Shown here in pieces: positions 1-28,964 of a stretch of 64,000 bases of DNA. The notes below the pieces were generated by a model. The model did not search any database, was not told where the DNA came from, and saw only the letters and a list, made by a program, of their open reading frames with translations. How positions within the stretch are numbered: position 1 is the first letter of the stretch; each line of letters begins with the position of its first letter. A program made the translations under genes and the position numbers. This stretch comes from Chrysomallon squamiferum (taxonomy: Eukaryota > Animalia > Mollusca), in assembly GCA_012295275.1 (NCBI GenBank), contig CM022669.1:620001-684000 (forward strand). Direction: 5' to 3'.

Positions 1-219
1 CACACAAACACATTCTCACACAAAACACAATATACACATTCACACATACTCAAATACAGATTGATTTATATATATTTGTTTCTCTCACTACAAAAATTGC
101 ACTGCTAAATTAACAAGTTTTAAATTAAATAAATAACAAAAAATATCTAGTTTCAAAAACTGATACTGACTTGAACTCTAATTCATTTAGCATGTTTATT
201 ATAGTTGTTATTTACTTAC

Positions 220-1540
220 AAACATAGTAGAGTCCATACTTTGGCATTCTTAGCTCCTGTGAGAGCAGTTCCACATTTTCTTTAGTTGGTCGAAGAAAAC
301 AAATACATTTGAGATGTTTCATGTTCTCGCGACCAGTCGAGTCAATCCTCTCAAAGAGATACACTTCTTTTTGTAAGATTTCTGACTGAGCATACACCAT
401 GCTCACCACACTGGTCTGTGATAACAAAACACACACAGTGAGGTACATTTATTTATTTCTGATATTTTTGTAACATTTATGATTAAACTATTCATAAAAA
501 AAAATATTTATCTAACACACAGGATAATATAGGATAAATTGATGACCTTTGTTGTAATTTTCAGGCAATACAGCATTTATGATAAAAACAAGTTTTAGAA
601 CACACACTCACACGCATGCACATACACACAGATATATATATATATTACTGACAAAGCATTATGTTGCCATTATATGTTTAAAATAATTGTAACTGTGAAA
701 TCAAGGTGCACCAAAATGCATGTTTTTATTTTTAGATGTAACTATCTGAAAATAGGCATCCATTTTCTTAATGCTTAATTTTTCTGTGTCAGCGTGTGTG
801 GAATATGTATTTATATGTTTTATTAATATTTTAAATCATTAATGATAATAATTTATGATATTTATAATCCAATTTATTAATATACCAAAAATACAACTGA
901 AGGCTAAAATATATATCTAACATTTTCGAATTTATTTGTATTTTTCCTCTGTTACATAAAACTCTAGAATAATTATTATTATTTGTTGCAATTTTTATTT
1001 CTGACAGATGGCTAAGTACAAAAACAGGTTACACCTGACCAGCCACACATTAGACTAATATGTAATTCAACACTTCATATCACACACAGATGCAGAGGGG
1101 GATGTATTACCTGTCAGTAATTGTTTCGACAATATTTTATACTGTAATTTTTTGTACACGTTAAATAAATTATTTACATGTCGTTATAAAAACCGAAACT
1201 AATAAATTATGAAACCTTTTTTTCTTTCTTTCTTTCTTTTTTTTTTAACCTTTCTTTGTATAGTGCGATTTATAGTAATCATAATAATAATATTTCTTGT
1301 TATTGTTTATTTACAATTTACAGTATGTACTACATGGTATAAAATGTACCCGGAAGCAGATTTGTTATATTTGTCAGTCTTAACAAAAAAACTGAAAAAG
1401 GTAAATAATAAATTAGTAAATAAAAAAAGTTAATACTATAAAATTACCGTATCCTTGTCCATCAAGAGAACCTTCATCCCGGGTCCACTGTCCTCGATCA
1501 TTTTACTAACATACTGCTTTACTGCCAGAATTACATTCAT
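220..1540 (-). CDS. VPS45: Vacuolar protein sorting 45 (Sec1/Munc18 family); coding exons 1-2 only, gene continues off the left edge
   Basis: Exon 1 (1540-1448) encodes [31 protein letters not shown]. Exon 2 (415-220) encodes [69 protein letters not shown] boundaries join in frame, and the sequence closely matches the animal VPS45 N-terminus as I recall it. Confidence 0.96.
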
Positions 1541-1691
1541 ATTGGCGTGATAAGTAACTTATATTCTCTCCACAAATAAAATATTAACACATTATTTGTA
1601 CTTTCACTCCATAATTATCTCCCTTGCCCAATTGCTTTTCTTGTCTTTATTTTCCACCCTAGTGTTTGTTTTACTGCTACTTCAGATAAAA

Positions 1692-1740
<49 letters not shown>

Positions 1741-2738
1741 CTCTAAACAATGGGTGGACCTGAACTGCAAGACAATTAAGATTACGAAATGTTTGATCCC
1801 TGTTCTAAAATGATATAGAAATTACAACAGAAATTAAATTTGAGTTACTAGGCATTTAAAGGTTAATATATTTGTTTATTTATTTATTTATTTATTAACC
1901 ATTGTGGAATTTATTTTTTAACTTGTGGCGGAAGCATTTTGTGGCTGTCACTACCATTACTACTGCTTTTATTTGCATTATTATTGTTGTTGTTTTTCAG
2001 TTGTGATATAAATATTATAAAAACAATTCGGTCATAAAACAATCGTTAATTAATTTTAATTGTTAATGCTGTGTATTTTACGATTTTCTATATAAACCTT
2101 AATAAGGCGTTGTTCGAGTGTACAAAGGAAGAAAAGTTTCGAAAAAAAAAGGTTCATTAACCAATTTGAGTTTTGTATTCTTTCTTTGTTCATTGTGTTT
2201 TCTTAACATTTGAAACAATGAAATATTTTCGAAAAATTGTTACCTTTTCCACATCCATACAAAGTGAAAACAAGATCTCGTGAAAATGTTTCAGGAAATT
2301 CAAAGTTACATCTCCTTTCCTACCGTATGTGAAAATAATATTTTCAAAATAATGTTAACTGTCATTTTATTTTAATAAGTCGCCTGTGCAGGTGAGCCTT
2401 CAGATCAGGCTGTATCATAGGTACTTTAATTATATATACGTATATATTTACTTAATCCGAAACATTTAAAATATTTTTTCATCATTCCCAAACAATAAAT
2501 ATATTACTATAAAATAAATTAGTGATGGGAATTGACATTCGTTTTGTACGGTACATGCTGTTGCCAGTAAAGTTGTTTGTGGCATCACAAAAGTATAAAT
2601 ACAAACTAATAATACGTGCAATTGTGGATGCGCCACTGATGTTGGAAGAATTCAGATACAAACGAAAGATGAGAGTTGTGTCGCGAAACTCCGGGTTTGC
2701 CCGGGTTGGCTGAAACCGCGAAAATAAGACTGCCAAAA
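1541..2738. promoter_or_regulatory. Divergent (likely bidirectional) promoter region between VPS45 and SMC5
   Basis: The two ATGs are 1.2 kb apart, head-to-head. E2F-like TCGCGAAA (2681-2688) and CCGCGAAAA (2716-2724) lie just upstream of the SMC5 ATG, and an ETS-like CGGAAG lies near 1929. Function is inferred. Confidence 0.55.
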
Positions 2739-18193
<15,455 letters not shown>

Positions 18194-18284
18194 CTCTATT
18201 TATTTCTACATGTCTGTTCAGTGTTTTGTTATTTATCTTCATCATCTACTGTATGAAATAAGCCATCATTTGCAAAGTACTTTT

Positions 18285-18920
18285 ATAATACATCATCTGC
18301 AGAATGCATTAACAATACATCATAATCATCTACAAAGTACATTAACAGTACATCATAATCATCTACAAGATATATTAACAATATATCATGATCATCTACA
18401 AAGTATATTAACAATACATCATAATCTTCTACAAAATACATTAACAATACATCATAATCATCTACAAAGTACATTAACAGCACATCATAATCATCTACTA
18501 ATTACATTAACAGTACATCATAATCATCTACAAGATATATTAACAATATATCATGATCATCTACAAAGTATATTAACAATACATCATAATCATCTACAAA
18601 GTATATTAACAATACATCATAATCATCTACAAAGTACATTAACAGTACATCATAATCATCTACAAGATATATTAACAATATATCATGATCGTCTACAAAG
18701 TATATTAACAATACATCATGATCATCTACTAATGACATTAACAATACATCATAATCATCTACTAATTACATTAACAATACATCATGATCATCTACTATTA
18801 CATTAACAATACATAATCATCTTCAAAGTAAACTAACAGTACATGATTGTCTACAAAGTAAACTAACAGTAGATGATCATCTACAAAGTAAACTAAGAGT
18901 ACATGATTGTCTACAAAGTG
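18285..18920. repeat. 33-bp minisatellite just downstream of the SMC5 stop codon (probable 3' UTR)
   Basis: CATCATAATCATCTACAAAGTACATTAACAGTA-like unit, about 16 copies, then shorter variants of about 30 bp. Confidence 0.9.
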
Positions 18921-21582
18921 CACTACAGATCCTCTCAGGTGTAACTAATAAAAGTAGTCTAAGTTGTGTAAGCAGCTGGTATGTTTGTAATGTTAATCTT
19001 CAATAACAGTTTTCTTTTTATCACACTTCTTATTTTTGGCTACAAGTTCTATTACTGTGATCATAAACTCGTTCAGATTATAAAAATCAAACTGCTGTTA
19101 CACTCAGATTTGAGTGAAATTATTTATTTACTTCTTAAGACATACAGTGTTTTTTTTTACATATATATGATTTTTCTTGTTATTAGGTGAAATAAAGTAA
19201 AAAAAAAAAACGAAATGAAAATAATAATCAGAAAAACAAAAATCTTTTTGGTTGTATTCAGTAATACTGATGTGTTGTTTAAAACTAAACATTTTCTTGT
19301 TACACATTCCAGTTAAGTGGATGTTAAAAAGTAAAAGTAAAATTCCATCCTCTACAAAGATTAGATATATTTTTAAAAGTTAAATGTGTGAAGAGTTTTG
19401 TTTTTCATGACTTGTGTTGACATTACAGATCTATCATTATTGTCATAGTAACCATCCAATATTCATTCTTCTGTGTTCGTCCCTTACTTTGTAGATTTTA
19501 TAAATGAAATATTTATCTTGTTTTTAAATTATTATTTTTATTTTGTGTAGTTGTTACTTTAAACCCACCAGAATACGTTTGTCATATTTCAGATATTTTT
19601 AATTCAATAATTTATTTTATTCTTAACTAGAAACAAAAAAGAAGAATTTTATAAACAAATAAGGATATATATTTTTTTTTAAATTATTTATTAAGTTATT
19701 AACTTAAATGCTCGAATTATTTATTAAGTTTTAAACTTAAATGTTCGACTTAAAATTGTACATTGCCATTTTGTAATCAAATGTAATTTTAGAAATTCTA
19801 GACAATATTTATAACGTTGAAATTTCTTAGTCATCCATTTTTCCTTTTATTCTTTCTTTCATTCATTCTTTTCTATTTCTTTTTTATCCTTTTCTCAAAT
19901 ATCTATAACTTTTTTATTCTCATTTTATAATTTTTAGTTTATTTCTTTCATTTCATTTAGTTTTTTATTTCTTTTATCGTTATCTTTTTTAAATTACGTA
20001 TTTTGATACACGAATAACTAGTGATATCCGAATTAATTTGTCAGTTACAATACAGTTCAGTGTTGTATTCCAATGTTTTTATGTTTCTTGTTTTTAATTT
20101 TTAAAATTAACTTGTCCATAATCTTATATATGTGTAACATTGTTTTCTACTTTCACATTACATTTTACAGAATAATAATAATAACCTTGTTAAAAACTTA
20201 AGGTTGTTGTTTTTATATCTGTAATTATTTATTGTCTACCCCCAAAAAACACGATTAATAATAATAATAATTGGGTGAATATGTAGTTTAAATTGGAGAA
20301 TGTTTATTTTGTATTGGCTTTTTTTGGCTAAGGACTTTAATTATTACTAGTAATCTGCTACGTGCTTGACTGCTAAAGACGATTGACTGTTTAAAAAAAA
20401 CTCAAATAATGATTAAATACAAAACTACAATCACTATCGATGTTAATATAAATTTTAAAAAATCATCAAATATTTTCGATTACTTCTTCTTTGGATGGAG
20501 AATCCATGAACCATTCCAGTCACATTTAGAAGTCAGAGAATATTTCTTAGAAAACTGTCCAAAGTTTCTCATCATCAGTTTATCTAATTTTTGGGCCTTA
20601 TACAAGAGTTAAAAAGTTTTGAAATCATTACAGAAAAAAAATGGTTTGCTGATAAAATGTTTACTTTTTTTGCAAATCAACACAGAACAAGTAAGACCAC
20701 ACTCACGTTAAATTAAGGAAATCATTATTCGTTGTTGTGAGGATGTTGTTATTTTGTAAGATGTGTAAAGATGTGGCAACAGGATAAAGATTTGTCAGAC
20801 TGATGACCTTTTTCCAACGAACAATTTAATCCCGAATTTTGGTACGCCATAACCGCTGAATGCTGGAATACCATGTTGAGATTTGTGTTCTAGATCTGTT
20901 CAGTGTTTGAATTGTCAGAAATGTGAGATGAGGTCAGAGTTGATGCTTGTGATCGTAATAAAACTGATATATTATCTGTTATAGTGTTTTCCCATTTATG
21001 TTGAAATGGAATCTCGGTACTGTACTAGCCTATTATTGTCATAATTTAGTTTCCAAATTACTAATGTTACCTTGCATTTTATACATAGCTAAACTGTCTG
21101 AAAACGACAGTTATAAATCAGCTATTGTTTAACCAAAATCCCCAGAGATCGATTTTTAAACTAGTATTTTAATCATTTTTTTTAATAACATTTATATATC
21201 CATGAACAAATACCTACTGATGTTCACGCGCACACATACACATATACGTATATAGAGATCTCAACATATGTTTATTTATAATTTTTTGTAAATAAAATAA
21301 TTGTATGCAATAAACTAGGGCTAGATTTACCTGGAGGTGTTGTTGAATGAAGCAGGTAATGGTACAACAAAAAGGCGTATGTAGATAATAAGTTAATGTT
21401 TGTTTACCCGAGTACGACAACGTTACAGAAATGCCTGTACAGATCATTAAAGCCATGTATGAGTGTGTTTTATAAACTCGTGTTTACAGTACCAGGTTTT
21501 CTACAGCGATTTTTCAACCATACTGCATTATGGATTTTCGGATGTTGGCTTTTTTTTTTTTTTTTTTTAAGCTTTTTTTCAT

Positions 21583-21641
<59 letters not shown>

Positions 21642-23163
21642 TACATAAATACATACATATATTTAAACACACATATGCATATATAAATTTTCTTTATTTC
21701 ATTCTAAAAATCACCAAGATGGCGATGCCCAGTTTCTCAGTCATTGTGCAATAAAGGTTTCCAACGGCAGATTTGTTAAAAAATTATATTTCACAGCAAA
21801 ACTGGCAGAATTATCATTATTATCTTTGTTTGTTTGTTTTCAAATAACGAGTATAATATTAACTCGCGTTAAACATATATGTATCATTCGAAAGAAACAA
21901 ACGAATTTCTGCTTTGCCATCACTGAAAAACTAAATAATCCAAAATTATACATTACGTAATTATAATAAATACCGTTTTCAATGCTACTACTTGTGGCAT
22001 GACCATTATGTAAATCGTATTTTTAATTTCAGTATAATATAAACGCTCACTTAATGATTAAAATAATAAATAAAAGAATAGCAACAACAATATTTGTAAT
22101 AATAATAATTAAAGTTATCATCCTTATGTTAATTATTATTAACAGTGTGAGTAATAATGATAGTATGTATTAAGCACCTTGTCGTTTCTAAGACGCCATT
22201 TATTGACGTCATCATTTTCAGTGTAAACCAAAGACTGTAAAACAAGAAGAAATAAGCTTAAAACTGTAATATGGTTACTGTTCAGAAAAGAAGTAATTGT
22301 TGACGAATTCGTAAGTAAAATGAAAATTATGCAGAAGAGTCATTATTATTATTATTATTATTACTGAATAAAAACGTATAGTTACGTATCTAAGAGGAGG
22401 TAAAGATTTTCAATAAATAACATTGTCGGTTATTACCATCGTATCGATTACGTCCTCATTTGTTGACATTTGTTATATAAGCACAATTAGATAGCAAATA
22501 TTTATCATTATCTAAAAATTATTGAACAGATGATTGATTATACGTAACTGACTGATACTGATGACGTCACTAGATATTTCTAATATTGACTACATTATGG
22601 GATAACCCTGTCGTGGAAGCTACATATGAAGAGCTCATATCTGTTTCTGCCAAAATTGACATTTATGTACTGACTACTAGTGATTAACCATTACTTCATT
22701 ATGACACACTTAATTAGTTGTAAAATCATAGGTATTCTTTAGAACAGGACCAGTGAATTCTTATTTATTGATAGTGCAGACCGGATAACACCATTTTCCT
22801 ATTTCTTTAATTTTTTTCTGTTTTTTTTTTTTTTTTTTCTCTTCTTCTTTTTTTTATGTTTGTGTTATTATTATTATTTTTTTGACATCATAAATTGGGC
22901 GTTATTCTTTTCTTCATATAAACTCTTCATATACAGAGTTTTCCATAAATACACTATATTAATACAGAACGAGTGAAGTTTTATTCTACTCCATTGTAAA
23001 GATCATGTGTATGAGAGCTTTTAAATCAGATTAACAATCATTTTCTTATTCCTCTATGAATCAATAAATCAGTGAGTATGCATGTGTATCAGTTTAAATA
23101 TTTGATTAATGTTTTGAAAAGATCTGGTCTGACTGTAATGAACTAAAAGGCAATGCGATGAAA

Positions 23164-23202
<39 letters not shown>

Positions 23203-23293
23203 AATAATAATAAATCTTAGTATGTTTTTATTCTGAATTTTGAAAATATAAATGAAGCGGACTGCGGACACACATAAAAACACACACACACAC

Positions 23294-23388
<95 letters not shown>

Positions 23389-23453
23389 GTTTATTAAAAT
23401 AATAAAAATAATAATAGCAACAAATCTCTCTCTTTTCTTTAAGAAAACTATTT

Positions 23454-23989
23454 CTAAAGCCACGACTGCACTTCTTTCAAAAGTTTCTTCTTCGACACAG
23501 AACGACCTTTGGGTGGGTAGAAGATAATATGTCCTTGACCCATTTTTGCCAGTTCATGCATTGTAGCAATACGCTCAATGACGTCAGCAAGCACGCTGAG
23601 GTCAACTCTGAAAAAGCCGCTAAACGGCGAGTCTAAGTCTGACACGACGTAACAAAGCATGGAGATGGAGAACACGGTCAGCAGACACATGAGCAGCTCC
23701 ATTTTGTAGGAGTACGCTCTGAGCAGCAGGATTCCAATGAAAGAGAAGAAGCCAAGTGTTTCCAGAAATGCCCATCTGCAAAATAATGAAAGCGACACGA
23801 AAAACGATACAGTGACCAAATCAGTCTGAAAATCTAGCTACGTGAACAGACAAGGCACTTGTCGTTTCAAAACTTTGTGACGTCAAAGGAGAAAACCATT
23901 TGAAGATAGAGTTGCTGTATCCTGATGGCAGTACCGCGGATACATCTTTCAAATTTAACAATTTTTATAACACAGCTTAAGAGACAGAG

Positions 23990-24048
<59 letters not shown>

Positions 24049-26112
24049 TGCTGCTACTACTACTACTACCACTCTTAATTCTGTTACTACTACTGCTACT
24101 TATAGTAACAATAGTAGTAATAGTAATAGCTGTAGTAGTACCAGTAGTAGTAGTAGTACAGTAGCAGTAGACGTAGTAGTAACAGCAGCAGCAGCAGTAG
24201 CAGTAGTAATAATGGTAACGGCTACAACGTTTTTCTCTCTTTCTCTTTGCTACCATTATTTTGAATCGTAATAGTAATGCATGTGTAAAACAGATTATTT
24301 GCCTAAATTATTTAAATTTAGTTATCTGTCTGTTTGTTCTGCTGATTGTGTGTGTGTGCATATATATGTATGTGTGTGTGTGTGTGTGCGTCTATGTATG
24401 TTTGTATGAATGTATGTGTTTTTGTATGTATGTCTATTATATATTAGGCATGAACATTCTGCCTTATGTACGTCTGGTTAGACTGCATATATACAATATT
24501 CGCAGGAGGAAATCGACTTTAAAACACCGTCAGATGCCGCTGACGAGACTCGAACGTATGACACCCATTCACCCGCAGTCAGCGGAGGACGTTACCGTTC
24601 AGTTATCAATAATTCTGTTATGCCTCTATCACAATGATGTATGTATGTAGGTAGGTAGGTAGGTAGGTATGTGTGTGTGTGTATGTATGTATGTAACTGT
24701 GTTGTAGTAAGTGTGTATGTATGTATGTATGTGTATATGTTCAGTTGTTGAGGTATGGCTGTTGAGGAATACTTACTTGAGTGGATGTATTCTGGAATGG
24801 AGGATTCCCATTCTGTCGGAGCAGATGCTGTTCAGATGCATGATGTGTTCCATGATCCTTTCACAGAGGACCCTGTCCACGTGGTTGCTAGAGTCCATTT
24901 TCACGTGTCTCAGAATGTCCAGCACACACCAGATCTTTACTGAAGTAAACCAAAATAATGTATCTAGTAACCACCCGTTTACAGTTAACAACAACAACAA
25001 CAGCAACAATAACCACAACAACGACAACAACAACAATAATAATGAATAATGTATATATGTATGCATGTACTGATTTTGAAAATGTGTATATAGGTATGTA
25101 TTCTGTTGTGTTAAGTACATTTGAGTAGACTGCACATGCGGATACACACAGGCATACAAGGACACTATCCACTCAAGACGTTACAGATACAGCTGATGAA
25201 ACTGAACGCATGGTGCACATATTCTGCGTCTCTGTGTGTATACGTGTCTGTTATTGTATGTATGTATTTAGTATTTTTCTATGTAAGTGTGTACGTACGT
25301 CCATATTATCTATATGGAACAAGCTGTCATAACTTACTTTGTATATCATCTGGTGATGTGTTGGAATACGTACTCGGGTCTCTGTTCAGAATCTGAAGTA
25401 TCATAAAGATCGCCTCCGCCTTTATTGCCTCGTATATTTCAATTCTCAGATGAGGTTTTGGTAGAGTCAGTTTGGCAGCGAATGTTGCTATCTGGTCTAT
25501 CATGCTGATTTCATTGGTCATCTTCGTTAAAATCTCGTGCTGCTTGCTAAGTGCCGACTGAAAGGCGAACCCAAACGACGTCGCGTACACGAGTCCTGCA
25601 GGAGCCAGGAAGCAGGAGATAGCGTCGCTGATGTCGGGCGGAGATGAAAATTTGTCTTTGGGCCAGAAAAACGAGGTGATCGGCTCGTAGAGGAACAGTG
25701 TTACGGGACACAGAGCAAGGGAGAGAACTGCCGGGATGGAGATTCGTATGAGCTCTTTAATGTTGTTGTGAGACACTTCAAGACTCTCTATCACTTCGAT
25801 ATCAAATGGAGTCAGAAATGGCTGTTCTGGAAATGTGTTTTTCTCGTCTGAGTTTTCAAGAGTTGATATCGTAAGGACGTTATCGTTGTGTTCCCGTTGT
25901 TTCGTGCCGTGGATGATGTTTCTGCCCACGTTGATCAGAGTTCGAGTCGTCTCTGCAAATCTGACCTTTAGTCGAAGAATCATCAGACCTGAAACGAGAC
26001 ACAGTTTAACATAGAACACATCCGAGTCAACTTATTATTATTAAACTTTAAAATACAACTTCATATGAATGCTGTTCAATAATCTGTCACACACACACAC
26101 ACACATACTCAC

Positions 26113-26160
<48 letters not shown>

Positions 26161-28932
26161 TCACTCACACACACAGACAGATATTTATTTATTATTATTA
26201 ATCAATTAATTAATTAATCTATTTATTTATTATTGTTTTCTTTTGTTAAATAATGTAAACGTGAACAAAAAGATATAAAGTGACGAAATGGGTAAACTTA
26301 AATCTGATCAAGTTTATTGGCATAATTATATAAAAAGGAAATAAAGTAGAGGAACATACCAAACATTATGAAAGCAATAAAGAGCAATGGCGGCAGGACT
26401 ACTTCAACGGCTGACGGGCGTTCTTCCGGCTCCGCGCCTTTCTCTGACTGCGGCTCCGCGGTTGGCTCTGACTGTGGTTCGTACGTCGATGCTAACTCAG
26501 GTTCAGGTGTCAGTTTAGATCCAGGTTCTGAGCTAGACGTGGGTTCTGATTTAGATCCAGGTTCTGATGTCGATTCAGGCTCTGATTTAGATCCAGGTTC
26601 TGATGTCGATTCAGGCTCTGATTTAGATTCAGGTTCTGATGTCGATTCAGGTTCTGATTTAGATTCAGGTTCTGCTGTAGATTCCGGTTCTGCTGAAGAT
26701 TCAGGTTCTGATGTAGATTCGGGTTCTGATGTAGACTTGGGCTCTGCTGTAGATTCAGGTTCTGCTGTAGATCCGGGTTCTGCTGTAGATTCAGGTTCTG
26801 CTGTAGATTCGGGTTCTGCTGTCAGTTCAGGTTCTGATGTAGACTTAGGCTCTGCTGTAGATTCAGGTTCTGATGTAGATTCGGGTTCTGATGGCTCTGC
26901 TGTAGATTCAGGTTCTGCTGTAGATTCAGGTTCTGCTGTAGATCCGGGTTCTGCTGTCAGTTCAGGTTCTGATGTAGACTTAGGCTCTGCTGTAGATTCA
27001 GGTTCTGATGTAGATTCGGGTTCTGATGTAGACTTAGGCTCTGCTGTAGATTCAGGTTCTGCTGTAGATTCAGGTTCTGCTGTAGATCCGGGTTCTGCTG
27101 TCAGTTCAGGTTCTGATGTTGATTTCGGCTCTGCTGTAGATTCAGGTTCTCCTGTAGATCCGGGTTCTGCTGTCAGTTCAGGTTCTGATGTAGACTTGGG
27201 CTCTACTGTAGATTCAGGTTCTGATGTAGATTCTGGTTCTGATGTAGACTTAGGCTCTGCTGTAGATTCAGGTTCTGATGTAGATTCGGGTTCTGATGTA
27301 GACTCAGGCTCTGCTGTAGATTCAGGTTCTGCTGTAGATTCAGGTTCTGCAGTAGATCCGGGTTCTGCTGTAGATCCGGGTTCTGCTGTCAGTTCAGGTT
27401 CTGATGTTGACTTCGGCTCTGCTGTAGATTCAGGTTCTCCTGTAGATCCGGATTCTGTTGTCAGTTCAGGTTCTGATGTAGACTTGGGCTCTGCTGTAGA
27501 TTCAGGTTCTGATGTAGATTCGGGTTCTGATGTAGACTTAGGTTCTGCTGTAGATTCAGGTTCTGATGTAGGTTGAGATTCTGATGTAGATTCAGGTTCT
27601 GCTGTAGATCCGGGTTCTGCTGTAATTGCAGGTTCAGATGTAGATTCAGGTTCTGTTGTAGATTCAGATTCTGATGTCGTTTCAGGTTCTGATGTAGACT
27701 TGGGCTCTGCTGTAGATACGGGTTTTATTGTAGATTGAGGTTCTGATGTAGATTCAGGTTCTGATGTAGATTCGGGTTCTGTTGTAGATTCAGGTTCTAC
27801 TGTAGATTCAGCTTCTGATGTCGATTCAGGTCCTGATGTAGACTTGGACTCTGCTGTAGATTCGGGTTCTTCTGTAGATTCAGGTTCTGATGTCGATTCA
27901 GGTTCTGCTGTAGATTCAGGTTCTGATGTAGATTTTGGTTCTGTTGTAGATTCAGGTTTTGCTGTAGATTCAGGTTCTGATGTAGATTCGGGTTTTGCTG
28001 TAGATTCAGGTTCTGCTGTCGATTCAGGTTCTGTTGTAGGTTCAGGTTCTGATGTCGATTCGGGTTCTGATGTAGATTCAGGTTCTGATGTAGATTCGGG
28101 TTTTGATGTCGATTCAGGTTCTGATGTCGATTCAGGTTCTGATGTAGGTTCAGGTTCTGATGTAGATTCAGGTTCTGATGTAGATTCGGGTTTTGCTGTA
28201 GATTCAGGTTCTGCTGTCGATTCAGGTTCTGTTGTAGGTTCAGGTTCTGATGTCGATTCGGGTTCTGATGTAGATTCGGGTTCTGATGTAGATTCAGGTT
28301 TTGATGTAGATTCGGGTTCTGATGTCGATTCGGGTTCTGATGTAGATTCAGGTTCTGATGTAGATTCAGGTTCTATTGAAGTTGTCGGTTCTACTTCAGG
28401 TTTTGTTGTGTCGTTTGTCTTTGCGCTATCTATTGGCAGATATTGAATAACAATATTCTTTAATTATTAACTTAGAAAGAAATAATAATAAATTAATAAA
28501 ATTCAAATATCTTTTCTGTAAATTATTTAGAGTTTTTGTTTTGGTGCTTGTTAGTTAAAAACATTAAAAGAAAAATATATTACTCTTTACTGTTTGTGTT
28601 TTATGCCGCTACATTAAGAATCCAAACTAGTTTATAACTTGATTACGCATTTCAGAAATATTTCAGTATAAAGACAGACAGACAGACAGGTATTGCCAGG
28701 GGGACGTCTTTGTACGTGCGTGTTCGTACGTGCGTCAGTGTGTGTGCATATTTTATCAAGGTAAAACAACAACAATATTTATCCTAATTATAAACAATTT
28801 TATTTTATTTTATTTTATTTTATTTATTGTTGTTGTTGCTGTTGATGTTGTTATTATTATTATTATTATTATAATCATCATCATCATCATCGTCATCATC
28901 TTCATCATCATCATTATGATCATCATTATCAG

Positions 28933-28964
<32 letters not shown>

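Noticed and set aside
20479-20596. Minus-strand exon-like stretch (AQKLDKLMMRNFGQFSKKYSLTSKCDWNGSWILHPKKK*) with a GTGAGT donor near 20706
   Set aside because: I could not link it to an open upstream exon or recognise a family.
20800-20860. TGATGA...CTGA spacing suggestive of a C/D snoRNA
   Set aside because: The C box is imperfect, there is no terminal stem, it is not in an established intron, and I recognised no rRNA guide.
26368-28446. Plus-strand 402-aa and 200-aa GSDVDS/GSAVDS ORFs resembling SD-repeat adhesins or ice-nucleation-like proteins
   Set aside because: They are the antisense shadow of the minus-strand EPEST exon. The plus frame is broken by stops and lacks splice or gene context.
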